A DNA stretch of 59,601 nt, counting the filler, from Squatina squatina (taxonomy: Eukaryota): NCBI GenBank assembly GCA_031763465.1. It is 4 parts of 3 records of this genome, joined end to end, with 100 filler letters (N's around TTAATTAATTAA, not from the genome) between each part and the next. Parts side by side here need not be neighbours in the genome. Positions count along the whole stretch, not along the records: positions 29,742 to 46,389 come from JARFOE010000058.1; positions 46,490 to 59,601 come from JARFOE010000001.1; 2 more parts are not named here. The stretch is one strand, 5' to 3'. This document shows positions 35,399-49,255 of the stretch, piece after piece (position 1 is the stretch's first letter; every line of letters starts with the position of its first letter). The notes beneath the pieces were generated by a model. That model did no database searches, was not told where the DNA came from, and saw only the letters and a program-made list of their open reading frames with translations. The position numbers and the translations under genes were made by a program.

Positions 35399-38300
35399 NN
35401 NNNNNNNNNNNNNNNNNNNNNNNNNNNNNNNNNNNNNNNNNNNNNNNNNNNNNNNNNNNNNNNNNNNNNNNNNNNNNNNNNNNNNNNNNNNNNNNNNNTT
35501 GCTTTCAAGGCAACACCTGTGGGAATTTACTTATCATAAAAAGATGTGTATGTAACCATCTAAATTAACAAAAGAAAAAATGAGCTCTAATGTATAGGCT
35601 TCGGACCAGAAGAGAATAATGACATCCCCACTTAATTACACAATGACAAGTTCATCTGTAAATGCAATTGAGATATATAAACTAAGGAGATACAGAATTC
35701 AATTTTTTTCTGTTTCCATGGTAACAGAAAATGGGGAGGAATTTAAAACATGTTCTGCGAGTTGCCTTTGATATCCACAAGCAAGGATTGAAGACCTGAA
35801 CTTTCAAATCAACAAACATAGGAGGTCTTATAATAACCAGTATTGAATACAACTATTGAGACATGTATGTGAATAATAAAGCTATCAAATGCAATATTTT
35901 GTAAGAGGTATTCATTTTGCTGGAACAGTGCCAGTTTCCATTTTAAGAAACGGACATGAAGGCCATTTCATTTTCGACACCATGTGCCAATTTGCAAGGC
36001 ATAAACACCTTAAGTGCACAAATGGAATAGACGCCCAGGGCATCGCAGCTTCACTGTGCTTATGGGGCTGTACATTACATTGTAACTAACAAAAAACATA
36101 TTTTTTAGGGATGCAATGCATTGGCAAGTATCACTGCCTGTTATATCTTCACCACTACCTTGATGTTATTAAAGATTCATTGCAGAGATAGCTATTCAAG
36201 GTTAAAACTAGCATANNNNNNNNNNNNNNNNNNNNNNNNNNNNNNNNNNNNNNNNNNNNNNNNNNNNNNNNNNNNNNNNNNNNNNNNNNNNNNNNNNNNN
36301 NNNNNNNNNNNNNNNTGATTTCACTACACCAAGCAAACAGTGGAAAATGTTTTCTTTAGTTCCAAATTAGTGTCAATATTCTGCTCTGGGCACATGCCCA
36401 CTAGAGCTGGGTTGTCCAAGCTGCTTTTATGTAGGCCCTTTACAGTTGGAAGATAGAAAAGGTTTTCATCCGATCACGCTGGACTGGACTGAACCCAGGT
36501 GCCTGAAGTGACCTACTACACCACCCAGTTCTCCCTTATTCTTTATGCATAGCTGTCTAATCAAAAGGACTGAGTTATGTTTCAAATAGTAGAAGCTTAT
36601 ATCGCATTCTACATTGTAACAAAGAGCTTGTTAGAGCAAAGCCTGGGAATGATTTCAAGAATATAAAATGGTGCAACTGTTCATTTTGGAGCTTTCAGGG
36701 TTTTTAAAATTGCCATGTGTTAAGACTTTGGGTTTTGTCCAAAGGAACAGAGAGGCAGTAATTAATCCACAATTAACTTTATATTTTATGCATAATCAGT
36801 AATGGACAAATAAATACAAATGAGTTGCTTCATTAACCAGCACCAGGGAAGCTTCCAGAAAACTGTGCTAATTTGCTTTTAATAAATGAAGAATGTTATA
36901 AATAAATCAACAGTGACGTGGACTCATGCGGCAAACAATAGCTTATCTTCCATGCACAGTTTTTTTTAGAAACTCCAGTTGCATGCTGAAATGATTTAAT
37001 TGTTTTAGTCTCAGATTTGGCGTACTCAGCATAGTGCTATATAATCCTTTTACTGACTTATTCTTTCTGTAATCCTACTGGAATTCTACTGCTAGAAAAT
37101 GAACCTGCACAAGAGATGATAACAGTTTCTCCTGTTTTGTGTTGGTTAACAAACTGCTAAATGTAAGGTTATGTCTTCAATATGAAGCATTTTTTTTTTA
37201 TACCTGATGTGTTTCCTAAATCAGACAAGTGCTGTTCCCAGGATTTCAATAAAAAGCAATGTTCTGATGTCAGTATTACCCAGCCTTTTCTTCCTGTGGT
37301 AAGATACCAATAATGATTGTTTTAATGTCAGTTTTTGCAGTCATCTTCTGAATCATAATGACATTGTTGTAAGGCATTCTGCTAAGTGAATGTACTAATT
37401 TTTTGGCTACGTAAATTGATACAATGCCATAATTGTAATGATTCAGTGGAANNNNNNNNNNNNNNNNNNNNNNNNNNNNNNNNNNNNNNNNNNNNNNNNN
37501 NNNNNNNNNNNNNNNNNNNNNNNNNNNNNNNNNNNNNNNNNNNNNNNNNNNATTCTGGACTAATCTTTCCCGAGCAGAACGAGGGGCATCAGATCGATTG
37601 TACCACCCCTATAGCTACAGCGGAGCTCAGCACGTACCGGATACTGAACCTGGGACATTCCAGGTGTGCGGCTAAGCTAGTCCCCGGGTAAAACCATTGG
37701 GAGATTTCAGAGAACAGGAGTCTACCCAGCAGGTTCAACAGATAACCTTTCACCACATTGCAAACTGCAGTGACATAACATTCCAAAGTCAAATATGTTC
37801 ATGCTGTTTTTCAGTAATGAGATCATTTTGTCTTTGTGATTGCAAAATATACTACAGCATAATCAATGCTGTTGGCAGATTAATTTCCCACAGGCAAACC
37901 TGAAAAAAAAATCCCAATTGCTTACAATGTGCTGAATAAGTTAGTGAACCAAATTGATGTTTTACCCTCATATAAATTTTGCTTCATGAATTAAGCTTGA
38001 ACAAGTTACACTTTTACATTTTAGAACTTTGGAATTCATCAAATCATCTGAAAATTACCCTTTAAAAGATTAGCATGTGTTCAATTTAGGGACCTTAAAA
38101 GTTTAATGATTAGGGCTGCAAAAGCACTTTGTGGCCTTGGGCTGCCAGTTAGAAAATATATTACAGGAACAGCATAAAGGGATTTCAGCCGACACTATNN
38201 NNNNNNNNNNNNNNNNNNNNNNNNNNNNNNNNNNNNNNNNNNNNNNNNNNNNNNNNNNNNNNNNNNNNNNNNNNNNNNNNNNNNNNNNNNNNNNNNNNGG

Positions 38301-40019
38301 AGGTGCCGTCTTTCGGACGGACATCTTAATTTATGTTTCATTCCCAGTCGGAGATTTTCCACACACCCATCTAACAACACAATTCTGATCCTCTGGAAGC
38401 CGAGCCCGTTATGGAAGCCGCCTTTGAACAATGAACACATGGGAAAAGCTCGAAAATGCACTTTTGCCTTTAGCAGAATTATACAAAACAATATTCAGCT
38501 CCGTGCTGTCACAAGAGCGGCAGAACAGCCGAGAAACTTGTACCCCGAGGTACATGGCAGCAGAGTCACTGAGCCCAGGTTCCAGGTCAGTGAAACTAAT
38601 ATGCGAATTCGGACAGGTTTTATCAGTTTCGTTCATATGGTGAAATTCAAACATTTTAACAAAGGCTGTTATTTGCATAAAAATTTGGCAGCTTTGACAT
38701 TGCAGAGTTGTCTGGGTACAACAGACGGCAGTAATTTGAGCTGAGTCAAAAAGAATGAAAAATTAGAGGCACAAACACTGCATAAGAGCAACTGCAAACT
38801 TTAGCAGACAAGTATCAAGTGGGTCAGCAGTATTATGGGAGGCGTGCCCTGATTGGCTCAGCATTGTGCAAGCATTCTCATAAACTCAACCACACAAAAA
38901 TCCCACTGTTCAAAACAATGCAATGCTGTGAGTTTTTTTACTGTCCATGAGAGCTACAATGAAAGCTCAAAAAACTGGTAATACATACACTGGAGTATGT
39001 CATCTTTATCTAAAATGAAAGATATTTCAGATATGGATTCAATCTATCTTACCTTTACAAAACTGTGGCAACATTCTCCACAGTTGTTTATGTCAAAACT
39101 GCTTGTTTGAGGTTATGATGGGAGAAGACGCAGGAGTAAGCATAGCTTATCTCTGGATTCCTCATCTGTAAGAGTATCATGCTAGTATCCTATTGCAATG
39201 AATATATCCCCAAGCAACAATTCATGTTTGCTAACTATGTGATGCACTTCCCTTGCTAAAATCTCAAAAGGGAGTAGTGGCCTATGTCACAATAGTGGAT
39301 GCAGTCGGTTCAAATATTGTAAATAGCACTTCATTCTATGGAAAAGGTAACTTCATTGTAATTGCTAAGTGCCTCCTCACAATGGTTATATAAACTCCAA
39401 ACATTATATATAATTACAAATTTATGACAGAATGACTGACATACCATCTCCTATTATTATTTTCTCTCTCTTCCAGATGAAAATATTGTTTACTTCTGCA
39501 TTGTTTTTTCATAAAGCAAATAGCAAATATAAAATCAGGCTCAATATATTAACAGAGATATGAAGGGAAATTTTAACTCCTGGGCAGTCTCTGTGAGATG
39601 ATAAATATTTCTAACAATAAAGCCCATTAGGCCCCATAAATCCATGGCTATTTTGATATACTCCCACCATCACTTCTTGGTCACTTCAAACAATATTATT
39701 GTCATAAGGGACAGCTNNNNNNNNNNNNNNNNNNNNNNNNNNNNNNNNNNNNNNNNNNNNNNNNNNNNNNNNNNNNNNNNNNNNNNNNNNNNNNNNNNNN
39801 NNNNNNNNNNNNNNNNAAATGACGCCCCCTAACCAAGAAAATGGGCAGGGGGCTGGGGCGGATATCAATGGGTGAGTGGAGGAAAGGAGGCAAGGAACGC
39901 CACACTCTACCAGGTCGGACAGCAGAAGCAAAATCCCTGGGGCCGTCCAGGATACAATGGGTGAGGTAGCAGGAGGGTAGAGCTTTGATGGCCTGAATGG
40001 TCTTTTCTTGTTCATGACC

Positions 40020-40250
40020 TTTGTAAATGAAAATATTAGACATGAGGAAAAACTTTTTTACGCAACGAGTGGTTAGGAGCTGGAATGCACTGCTGATAGG
40101 GTGGTGGAGGCAGACTCAGTAGTAGCCTTCAAAAGGGAATTGGATAAATATTTGGAGGAGAAACTATTGCAAGGGTTTGGGGAAAGAGCGGGGAAGTGGG
40201 ACTGATTGAATCGCTCTGTGAAAGGAGCATAGCTATACTGTACTGTTCTA
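40020..40250 (+). mobile_element. CR1 LINE 3' fragment
   Basis: Translates as RKNFFTQRVVRSWNAL...AFKRELDKYL, then 3' UTR. Confidence 0.85.
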
Positions 40251-40784
40251 TGATTCTGTGATTAAATCTGCAGTGGCAGATGCATCACCTAGAACATTAT
40301 CACGTTCCCATTCAGACTGCTCATTAGGGGAATTACCTCCGAGATGGTTTACCAGGGAATGAACAACCCTTTGGGCGTACAACAACCTCTCCCTGTCACA
40401 ACCTTTTTCATCCTTATCCATTGATACTCCGCCCATTGCTTCTCTGAGTCTTTCTCTCATGTTTCTCTGGATCTCCAAACACACTGTTCTACAACGCTCT
40501 TGCCCCTCTCTCCATTCTCACTGTGTCCAAATCAAGACTCATCGCACTGACTCTACGCTCATTCACTTACCCTGTAACTGTGATGCCAGTGTCAATCCAG
40601 ACTACTCTGCACCAAAATCCAGGCCTGGAGATGAAAGATTAGTGTCCAGATCTCTGCACCACCTAGTCCTTCTTTTAATTTACACTATTATCACAAGTCA
40701 TAGGCAGCAACTGTAAAATAACAAGTGGTGTACGTGTGATGAAGTAGCATGGGACGGGCTGAAACGGTTCCTGTGTCTCCCCAG

Positions 40785-41096
40785 AGTATGCGAATACATC
40801 AGCACATTGGAGCACAGCCACTTCAGCGATGGAGGCTCGCAGCCTCCCATCCCCATCACCCAGGCCCAGCAGGCCCCAGGCTCCCTACCGTCGGCAGACA
40901 CAGCTCTCAACTCCACCACGAACCTGAGCCCCGAGCTGGACACAAATATTGGCAACCCCGTCATTCAGTCCATCACCATTCAGGAGCTGATCAAGGAGAA
41001 CTGCAAGGGGAAGGCGTTTGACTTCAGAGGAGGGGGCGTGCTGAGCGGGAGCAATGCGGCCAGGGCCGTCTACACGCTCTCCACAATGGCTGACAA
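40785..41096 (+). CDS. ARFGEF3: ARFGEF family member 3 (BIG3) internal exon (312 nt, phase 2-2)
   Basis: ctccccag|...VCEYISTLEHSHFSDGGSQPP...VIQSITIQELIKENCKGKAFDFRGGGVLSGSNAARAVYTLSTMAD..|gtaagt compared with recalled human RVCEYVGTLEHNHFSDGASQPP...VVQPLSIQDLVREGSRGRASDFRGGSLMSGSSAAKVVLTLSTQADR. Confidence 0.9.
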
Positions 41097-41214
41097 GTAA
41101 GTAAGGAGCCTAAAACCGTAGGCCTCATACACCAGATAGAGCTGATGTATTTATCCTATCTTTTGTAAAATTTCTACCGGAAAGGCCAAGCAAATATCCC
41201 AAGATATTAATAAA

Positions 41215-41540
41215 AGTGGACGAGACCAAAACTAGGGACCGTAAATATAAGCTGGTCACTAATATATCCAATAGGGAATTCAGGAGAAACCTCCTTACCC
41301 AGAGAATGGTGAGAATGTGGAACTCGCTACCACAAGGAATGGTTGAGGCGAATAGCAAAGATGCATTTAAGGGGAAGCTCGATTAAACACATGAGGGAGA
41401 AAGGAATAGAAGGATATGTTGATGGGGTGAGATGAAGAGGGTTGGGAGGAGGCTCATGTGGAGCGTAGACACCGGCATGGACCAGTTGGGCCGAATGGCC
41501 TATTTCTGTGCTGTAAATACTTTGTAATACTTTGTAATAT
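41215..41540 (+). mobile_element. CR1 LINE 3' end
   Basis: TRDRKYKL...EFRRNLLTQRMVRMWNSLP...AFKGKLD, then the GGGCCGAATGGCCT tail and TGTAAT repeats. Confidence 0.88.
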
Positions 41541-44500
41541 TAGAAGGAAAATTATTAAAAGGTCATTACATCAGTTACTTTCTGTTCAAGCATCCTCAGG
41601 TACATCAAACATAATTGGGCTAGAAATGAATTTGTTGGATGGGTAATTCTGATGGACAATTTATTATACAAAATCTTTTTTTTGTGACCTGCAATTTATT
41701 TACAACAATTTGCCTTTATATAGCATCTTTAATGTAGAAAAATGTCCCAAGGCGCTTCACAGAGACGTAATCAGACAAAAACAAACATAGCAGTTGAACT
41801 TTGTTAGTTTTGATTTGATTTTCAGCCACGGATAAGGTCTGATGGAAAATTCTGAGCCCTATTGGCTTACTGCCACTAGGTGTTATAAGTGAATGTTGTA
41901 AATCTTATTGTGAAACAGCTGCAAGGCAAACTAGAGATAAATGGTGACTTTAAAACAGTAAGCTGTGAACCTTTTCTGAAATAATTTGTACGGTAAACCT
42001 TTTAGCTTCACTCTGATCGTAGTTGAACACCATCTATCTTTAGTCACGTCATTGATTGAAATCTTTTGTATTGTGTATTTGCACTCAGCTGGAAAAGAAA
42101 CGTCTTGATGTTCTTCGGTAAAATAAAATGGTATTGATAATCATTACAGCACGCTGTATTGCGAGGCTTGCAAATTCACAGCTTTGGTTCACAGGGACAC
42201 TCTGAGCAGGACATTTCAAATGGAAGTAGGGAGCAACATAGGGATGAATCATCTCGACATCTTATACATCTGCAGCACAATTTTAGCTCGAGTAAAAGAT
42301 GTACTATGTTTTCATACGGTAGAGCTACATATTTTAGGAATTATTTAAATAGGGTTTACAATTTTGAGACACATTACGAAAAGATCATTAGGGAAATACC
42401 ACCCCATCAGTTGAAATGGTTGCCTCCATTGCTGTTAAAGTGTCAAATATCATCATCTCTGTAGCGTTTTTATGAAATGCCTCACATCCACTAACCACAC
42501 ATCACACTACTTCCTAAAAGAATCTTGATTTTTATTAAAGTACTGCTGTCACTTTATCAGGGAGCATTGGGGTAGGCAAGCCAGAGTACCCTGTTCAGAT
42601 AATTCAGCTAAAATCCACTTTGTTGATGGTCAGTGAGAGTTCACGCTGCAGTAGATTATCAGAACAAATGTCTGTAATATTTATGTCTGTCTGTCAATCA
42701 ATCTATCTATTTATCTGTCAACTTTTTTTGTGTCTAAACCTGAATGCTCCAGCCATCTGACTGGTTAAGTGTAGGCGTATGTCAGAGCTTTCTGATTAGT
42801 TATTTTTCACAGTAGAAGCAGTGAACCAATCAGATATTAGGAAAATAAGTTCAGCCATCTTTCAGCCACTGTGAGAGTTGCCCAGATCAATGTGCAAAAT
42901 CACCCCAGCAATAAGATGAAAAGAAGGAGGTAGAGTCATAACTGAACTTTATAGCATTTACATTATCATGATCGCTTGCACTGCCTCAGCTCAAACCTCC
43001 CATTGCTTGCTCCCAGGATTGGTCCTTGACTACCACTTACTCCCCACCTTACTTTGATCAACTCTCCTGCTTGCATTTACACCACAACTGCTCAACCTGT
43101 GAAAGATTTGGAGTGGGACAGATCAGGCTAGGTTCTAACTAAATGGGAAATCTTCCCCAGGCTGCATTTGACCTAACCTAGTGCACAAAACGGAAACAGA
43201 TCTCTAGCCGTCCAAGCTTGGCATCTACACAACATGCTCCAATAACCAGTGGATTATTAGAACTAGGGAAGAACAGTGCAGGCGGCTATACTTCCAGTGA
43301 CAGCAAGCACATTGGCTGATTAACTAAGGTAACCATAACAACTGTATTGCTATGAACACATCATCTTAGAAATATTATAGCTATTCTTCCAAGTATTTCA
43401 AATTCCAGTCTCTGTCTTTGTAGCATTCTGCCAATACATCAAATAAACTGTGATTTGTGAGAATAATAATGTTTCCAAATTTGCCTGTCATTTACTGATG
43501 GTCATTTCTTGAATAAATGCTTCTCAATATTTTTCTGTTAAAATGACAGTGTTGCATCATGCTTGCTTCTTTTATGGTTTCTCAATTGCTGTCAAAGGAT
43601 AAAACAATTTATCACGTGTCTGTTGCTGATTGAAAATTGGCCAGCCCTCAGATCTTCAATTCTGTAAAATGTTCTTCGGAGATTAAAATTTAACAGTTTA
43701 TAGATTATGATTTATGAATATAAAGAGGGCATGNNNNNNNNNNTGGTGATACCTGGACGACATTTCAATAATGAAGTGATATCGTTTTCTGTTGAAGTAA
43801 TGCAGCTAATCATGGTTATTTAAACAGCCCATCAGTCTAACTTTGTTGGTATTTGTTCTTTAAAGAAAATCTGTAAACACAAGGCCTTAATAATTTGTTA
43901 TAGAATACACTTGCCTGTGTTTAATAATGAAAGGAAATGGTACACCAAAAAAATTAGAAAGTAATCCTTCATATTCAGACCAAAACAATCTGTTAATGTG
44001 CCACTGGTAAGGTGAACAACATTATTTATATTGAAAACTTTGAGTCATCAAAAACAACTGCTCTTCCATTGGTTTGTTAGCATCACAAGATTGCAAGATA
44101 AATATATTAGCAGCAGCAGGTTTTTAAGGTATTTTGCATAAGAAATATTTTGATTATCTGCCCGACAGTATACCGTATAGGAAGATCCAAAGATTCTCAT
44201 ACATCTAAGAGGACACATTTTGTACTTTTGATGCCCCATTTATTCTTAGCATCTGNNNNNNNNNNNNNNNNNNNNNNNNNNNNNNNNNNNNNNNNNNNNN
44301 NNNNNNNNNNNNNNNNNNNNNNNNNNNNNNNNNNNNNNNNNNNNNNNNNNNNNNNNNNNNNNNNNNNNNNNNNNNNNNNNNNNNNNNNNNNNNNNNNNNN
44401 NNNNNNNNNNNNNNNNNNNNNNNNNNNNNNNNNNNNNNNNNNNNNNNNNNNNNNNNNNNNNNNNNNNNNNNNNNNNNNNNNNNNNNNNNNNNNNNNNNNN

Positions 44501-45909
44501 NNNNNNNNNNNNNNNNNNNNNNNNNNNNNNNNNNNNNNNNNNNNNNNNNNNNNNNNNNNNNNNNNNNNNNNNNNNNNNNNNNNNNNNNNNNNNNNNNNNN
44601 NNNNNNNNNNNNNNNNNNNNNNNNNNNNNNNNNNNNNNNNNNNNNNNNNNNNNNNNNNNNNNNNNNNNNNNNNNNNNNNNNNNNNNNNNNNNNNNNNNNN
44701 NNNNNNNNNNNNNNNNNNNNNNNNNNNNNNNNNNNNNNNNNNNNNNNNNNNNNNNNNNNNNNNNNNNNNNNNNNNNNNNNNNNNNNNNNNNNNNNNNNNN
44801 NNNNNNNNNNNNNNNNNNNNNNNNNNNNNNNNNNNNNNNNNNNNNNNNNNNNNNNNNNNNNNNNNNNNNNNNNNNNNNNNNNNNNNNNNNNNNNNNNNNN
44901 NNNNNNNNNNNNNNNNNNNNNNNNNNNNNNNNNNNNNNNNNNNNNNNNNNNNNNNNNNNNNNNNNNNNNNNNNNNNNNNNNNNNNNNNNNNNNNNNNNNN
45001 NNNNNNNNNNNNNNNNNNNNNNNNNNNNNNNNNNNNNNNNNNNNNNNNNNNNNNNNNNNNNNNNNNNNNNNNNNNNNNNNNNNNNNNNNNNNNNNNNNNN
45101 NNNNNNNNNNNNNNNNNNNNNNNNNNNNNTAACATTTGCCCGATGCAATTTTGGAGCAGGCCTCAATTTAGGCAGCCAGCCCTTCCATCCGAATCAGGCA
45201 GGAACGTGGGTACTATATTTAAAGCTTGGTCCCAGGGTGCATTTAGGACACTGATGCAATTTTGGTTTTCTTGCTGGACGCAGAGTGGCCAAACCAGCAG
45301 CTCTTTAAGGGCTGCTCCAAAAAGCATTTTTACCTGATTTTTTATGAGGCCAGTCGGAGATGGAATTTCTTTCTGGCTCCACAAAAATATTCCCACCCAG
45401 TGCCGGACCCTCCGTGTCCCATCCCCCCCTGTGATTGCCTTCCCCCCTTTAATGAGAAACATCTAGCTGTGCAGAGGCACCGACAGTTTTCCCGCTCCTC
45501 CCTGAGGCCTGACTACATAAACAGATGGGGCCTGCCGCCAACATCATTGGGCAGGCAGAGCTGAGGCCCAACACATGCTGAATATCAAAATGATCTCCAA
45601 AGTCGGTTTGTTTGTTTTGGAGAGACAAATGCTTTTTTACTGTTCACTATCTATTGCAAAATCATGAATACATTCATTGTACGCATGTTTATGATAATTA
45701 GCGGGCCGCTTCCCACAAAACACCAAAGAGCAAGTTAAAATGTCCCAGGGCAGTAGAGGTTGCTGAGACAATTTTGGCAGTGGAATTTTGAGGGGAATAT
45801 TGTGCAGCAGTAAAATACTGCTGTAAATTTCAGCGAGATGGGTAATCAGTTTAAGGATATTAAATGCTTGACCATTGACAGTCTTCTTTATGGATGACTA
45901 TAATGGGCA

Positions 45910-46010
45910 TATTAAAACAAAAAGAAAATGCTGGATATACACAACAGTTTCTTCAACAGCTGAGAGATAAAGACAGGTTTATGTTTCAGACGAGACCCTT
46001 CAACAGAACT
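45910..46010 (-). mobile_element. Decayed Penelope-like terminal repeat
   Basis: GAAAATGCTGGA...GTTTCAGACGAGACCCTTCAACAGAACT, similar to 905-1170. Confidence 0.55.
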
Positions 46011-46389
46011 GCATGTTGGGCATGTTGTCAGTTTTCAATAGACCCATCAATAATACATACTACGGTAATGAGTGCCTTCTATCTCACCAAAGAGAAACTG
46101 TCTATAAATTTAATAATAGCATTTGAACGGTCAGTTAGGAGCTGGGGAAGTGTGGCAAAGAGGGATGTAATGAGGCGAAACAGGTCATTTACCATCAGCA
46201 TGGCCAACATCTGCTGTCAGGTTTCAGATAATGTAGGATGAAAGGCACTGTATAAAATTCTTTTAGTGCAGATCACAGTTATGTGTGCTGACTGATACAC
46301 AGGGTTATAGAGGCTCTATTTTCAGCAACTACTTACAATGCAAATTAATAAATGCCGTTGACAAGATACAAAGAAGCATAATTAGGACC

Positions 46390-46489
46390 NNNNNNNNNNN
46401 NNNNNNNNNNNNNNNNNNNNNNNNNNNNNNNNNTTAATTAATTAANNNNNNNNNNNNNNNNNNNNNNNNNNNNNNNNNNNNNNNNNNNN
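46390..46489. other. Artificial scaffold spacer N44-TTAATTAATTAA-N44
   Basis: Identical to 15346-15445. Confidence 0.97.
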
Positions 46490-47080
46490 CAAAAGTGAGA
46501 AAATGACTAGTTGCCCAGTCTTGGTCAGACCCCATTGGGATTACTGCGTTCACTCTTGGGCGCCGCACCTCAGGAAGGGTATATTGGCCTTGCAGGGACT
46601 ACAGCTCTGATTCAGCAGAATTATACCAGGGCTAAAAGGGTTAAATTATGAGGACAGATTGCCTAGGCGAGGCTTGTATTCTCTTGAGTATAGAAAGTTA
46701 AGGATGATCTAACCAAAGTGTTTAAAATGGCATAGGGATTCAACAGGCTGGATTCAGAGAAACTATTTCCTCTGGTGGACGAATCCAGAACGAGGGTGCA
46801 TAATCTAAAAATTAGAGCTAAGCTATTTAGGAGCGAATTTCAGAAGCATTGTTTCACACAAATGGTGGTGGAAATCAGGAACTTGTTCCTCCAACAGGCT
46901 GTGGATGCTGGGTCAACTGAAATGTTCACAGCTGAGATTGATAGACTATTGTTCGGTAGGGGTATGAAAGGTAATAGAGCAAAGGCAGGTAATTGGAGTG
47001 GAGGTACAGACTAGCCATGATCTAACTGAATGCTGGAAGAGGCTCGAGGGGCTGAATGGCCTACTCCTGTTCCTATGTTC
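46490..47080 (+). mobile_element. CR1 LINE 3' ~600 bp
   Basis: LVRP.DYCV..WAP...SRTRVHNLKIRAK...FTQMVV, with the GGGCTGAATGGCCTACTCCTG tail. Confidence 0.9.
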
Positions 47081-48064
47081 CTGTCCCTTTCAAAAGTCGC
47101 TTCAAAACCTTTCTCTTCCATCACACCTTTGGTGCAGAGGCTACATTCAGAAACTCTGCTGGTCTGAATCATTATTTTGCAGCATATAACAAAACAGCCT
47201 GCTGACACTCAAGTGTAGGTTTACACGCGAAGAACATCCACTTGGATTAAGTATCTGAAGCACCCCTGAAACAATATCCCAGCATGGGTCAGTATTTTCA
47301 GCAGAAGAACAGAGAGAAACGGGGGAAATAAAAATGACTACAACATCTTTCTTTGTAATGAAGGCTCTGCACTCTTGAACCATCAATCACAAAAAGTCAT
47401 GCCATGCTTTTAATGTGCTATCTGCACAGTCCAGCGTAATCACTTCTTTTGTGCTGTCTAACACCACTGACACATGAATGCGTATGAAGTGAGGAATTTC
47501 ACTGGCGTTCCTGAAACCCTCCCTCTCAATCTACTCCTGTCCAAAGATGGTTTATAGACACAAAAGTGAACAGATAGTGTTGAAATTAATGAGGAAGCGA
47601 TGTAATTGCAAATGCTGCAGATGAGTTGAAGACATATCTATTTGAGCCTGTTAGAAATTACTGGCAAGAGTGAGATTGGACAGATTGTTTTCCCCGGATT
47701 GGAAGATTCTAATTACCCAAGCATGTTTCTATTTGTGAAGTGAAAAAAAAATGCCTCAGGCATCAAGACTGAGAGAATACAAAATAAATTCCAGAGGCAA
47801 TGATGTGAATGATATTTTAGCACAGCAGCAGAAATGGCTTTTTGGTATACTACAGGATTTAATATTAANNNNNNNNNNNNNNNNNNNNNNNNNNNNNNNN
47901 NNNNNNNNNNNNNNNNNNNNNNNNNNNNNNNNNNNNNNNNNNNNNNNNNNNNNNNNNNNNNNNNNNNNCATCTCAACACCTTCCACAACACAAACATACA
48001 AATTCAACGTATGATACTCTGACATATCAGAAACATACAAAAGTATCTTCCCCTCTTCTCCCCA

Positions 48065-48600
48065 TTCAGCATTCCGAAGCGACCATTCCCTGAGCAACAT
48101 TGTTCATTCTTCAATCACCCCCAACACTTCCCACAGCATCTTCCCAGGCAAGCTCAGGAGATGCAACACCTGCCCTTTTACCTCCTCCCTTCCCACCATC
48201 CAAGGCCCAAACAATACTTCCAGGTGAAAAAGAGATTTACTTGTACTTCTTTCAATTTAGTATACTGTATTTTCTGCTCATAATGCAGTCTCCTCCACAC
48301 TGGGGAGACCAAACACTGAATGGGTGACTGCTTTGCAGAACACCTCCGTTCAGTTCATAAGCGTGACCCCAAGCTTTCAATCCAAGACCTGTCAATCCCA
48401 CTCTGACCTCTGTCCTCGGTCTCCAATGAAGCTCAACATAAGCTCGAGGAACAGCACTTCATCTTTCGATTCGCCACTTTACAGCCTTCCGGACTCAACA
48501 CTTCAAGAATTTCACATCATAACCTCTGCCCCTATTTTTTCAGATGGCAGCTGTTGATGATTCGACTATTTCCATTTACACCTCTTCTTGACCCATCTTT
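48065..48600 (+). mobile_element. Penelope-like element GIY-YIG endonuclease fragment
   Basis: Frameshifted translation AFRSDHSL...RRCNTCPFT...FQVKKRFTCTSFNLVYCIFCS.CSLLHTGETK...FAEHLRS...KLEEQHFIFR...LQPSGLN, a PLE GIY-YIG domain with Cys motifs. Confidence 0.85.
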
Positions 48601-49255
48601 TAAGAATGTAAAAATCTGGAGCAGAAAGTAGGCCATATGGCCCCTCGAGCCTGCTTGCCATTCAATGATATCATGGCTATCCGCGACCTCAACTTCAATT
48701 GTCCACCCGATCTCCATGTACCTGGGTTCCCCAAGAGTCCAAAAATCATTGTTTTCCATTCGTTCAGCCTCCAAATGGAAATTGCCCACAAATGATGGGA
48801 CAAAATTGCCTGGGTTTCTGTTTCTTTAAGAAATTTCCCCTTACAGAGATTAGATGTTCCTCACCATTACCCCAATGAGTAAATACAACCTCACTCTTAG
48901 TATCACCTCATGTTCTTCTTCAGCCACTTAAGAACATAAGAATTCGGAGCAGGAGTATGCCATACAGCTCCTCAAGCTTGCTCTGCCATTCTGACTTTGA
49001 CCTCAATTCCACTTTCCCGCCCAATCTCCATATCCTTTGATTCCCCTAGAGTCCAAAAATCTACCCATCTCAGCCTTGAATATACTCAATGGTTCAGCAT
49101 CCACAGCCCTTTGGGGTAGAGAATTCCAAAGATTCACAACTTTCTGAGTGAAGAAATTTCTCCTCATCTCAGTCCTAAATGACCAACCCCATTATCCTGA
49201 GACTTTGACACCTAGCTCTAGGCTCTCCAGCCACGGGAAACAACAGCTCAGCATC
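48600..49255 (-). mobile_element. Two CR1 3' fragments (48600-48800, 48930-49255)
   Basis: Each begins with TAAGAA...GGAGCAG..GTA.GCCAT, the reverse complement of the CR1 tail. Confidence 0.8.

Noticed and set aside
39053-39165. Minus-strand segment with good acceptor (cttacag) and donor (AAG|gtaaga)
   Set aside because: All three frames contain stops and there is no recognisable protein. It could only be a non-coding exon, which is unsupported here.
44150-45337. Long ORFs in the ORF track spanning gaps
   Set aside because: Their length comes from X residues in N gaps.
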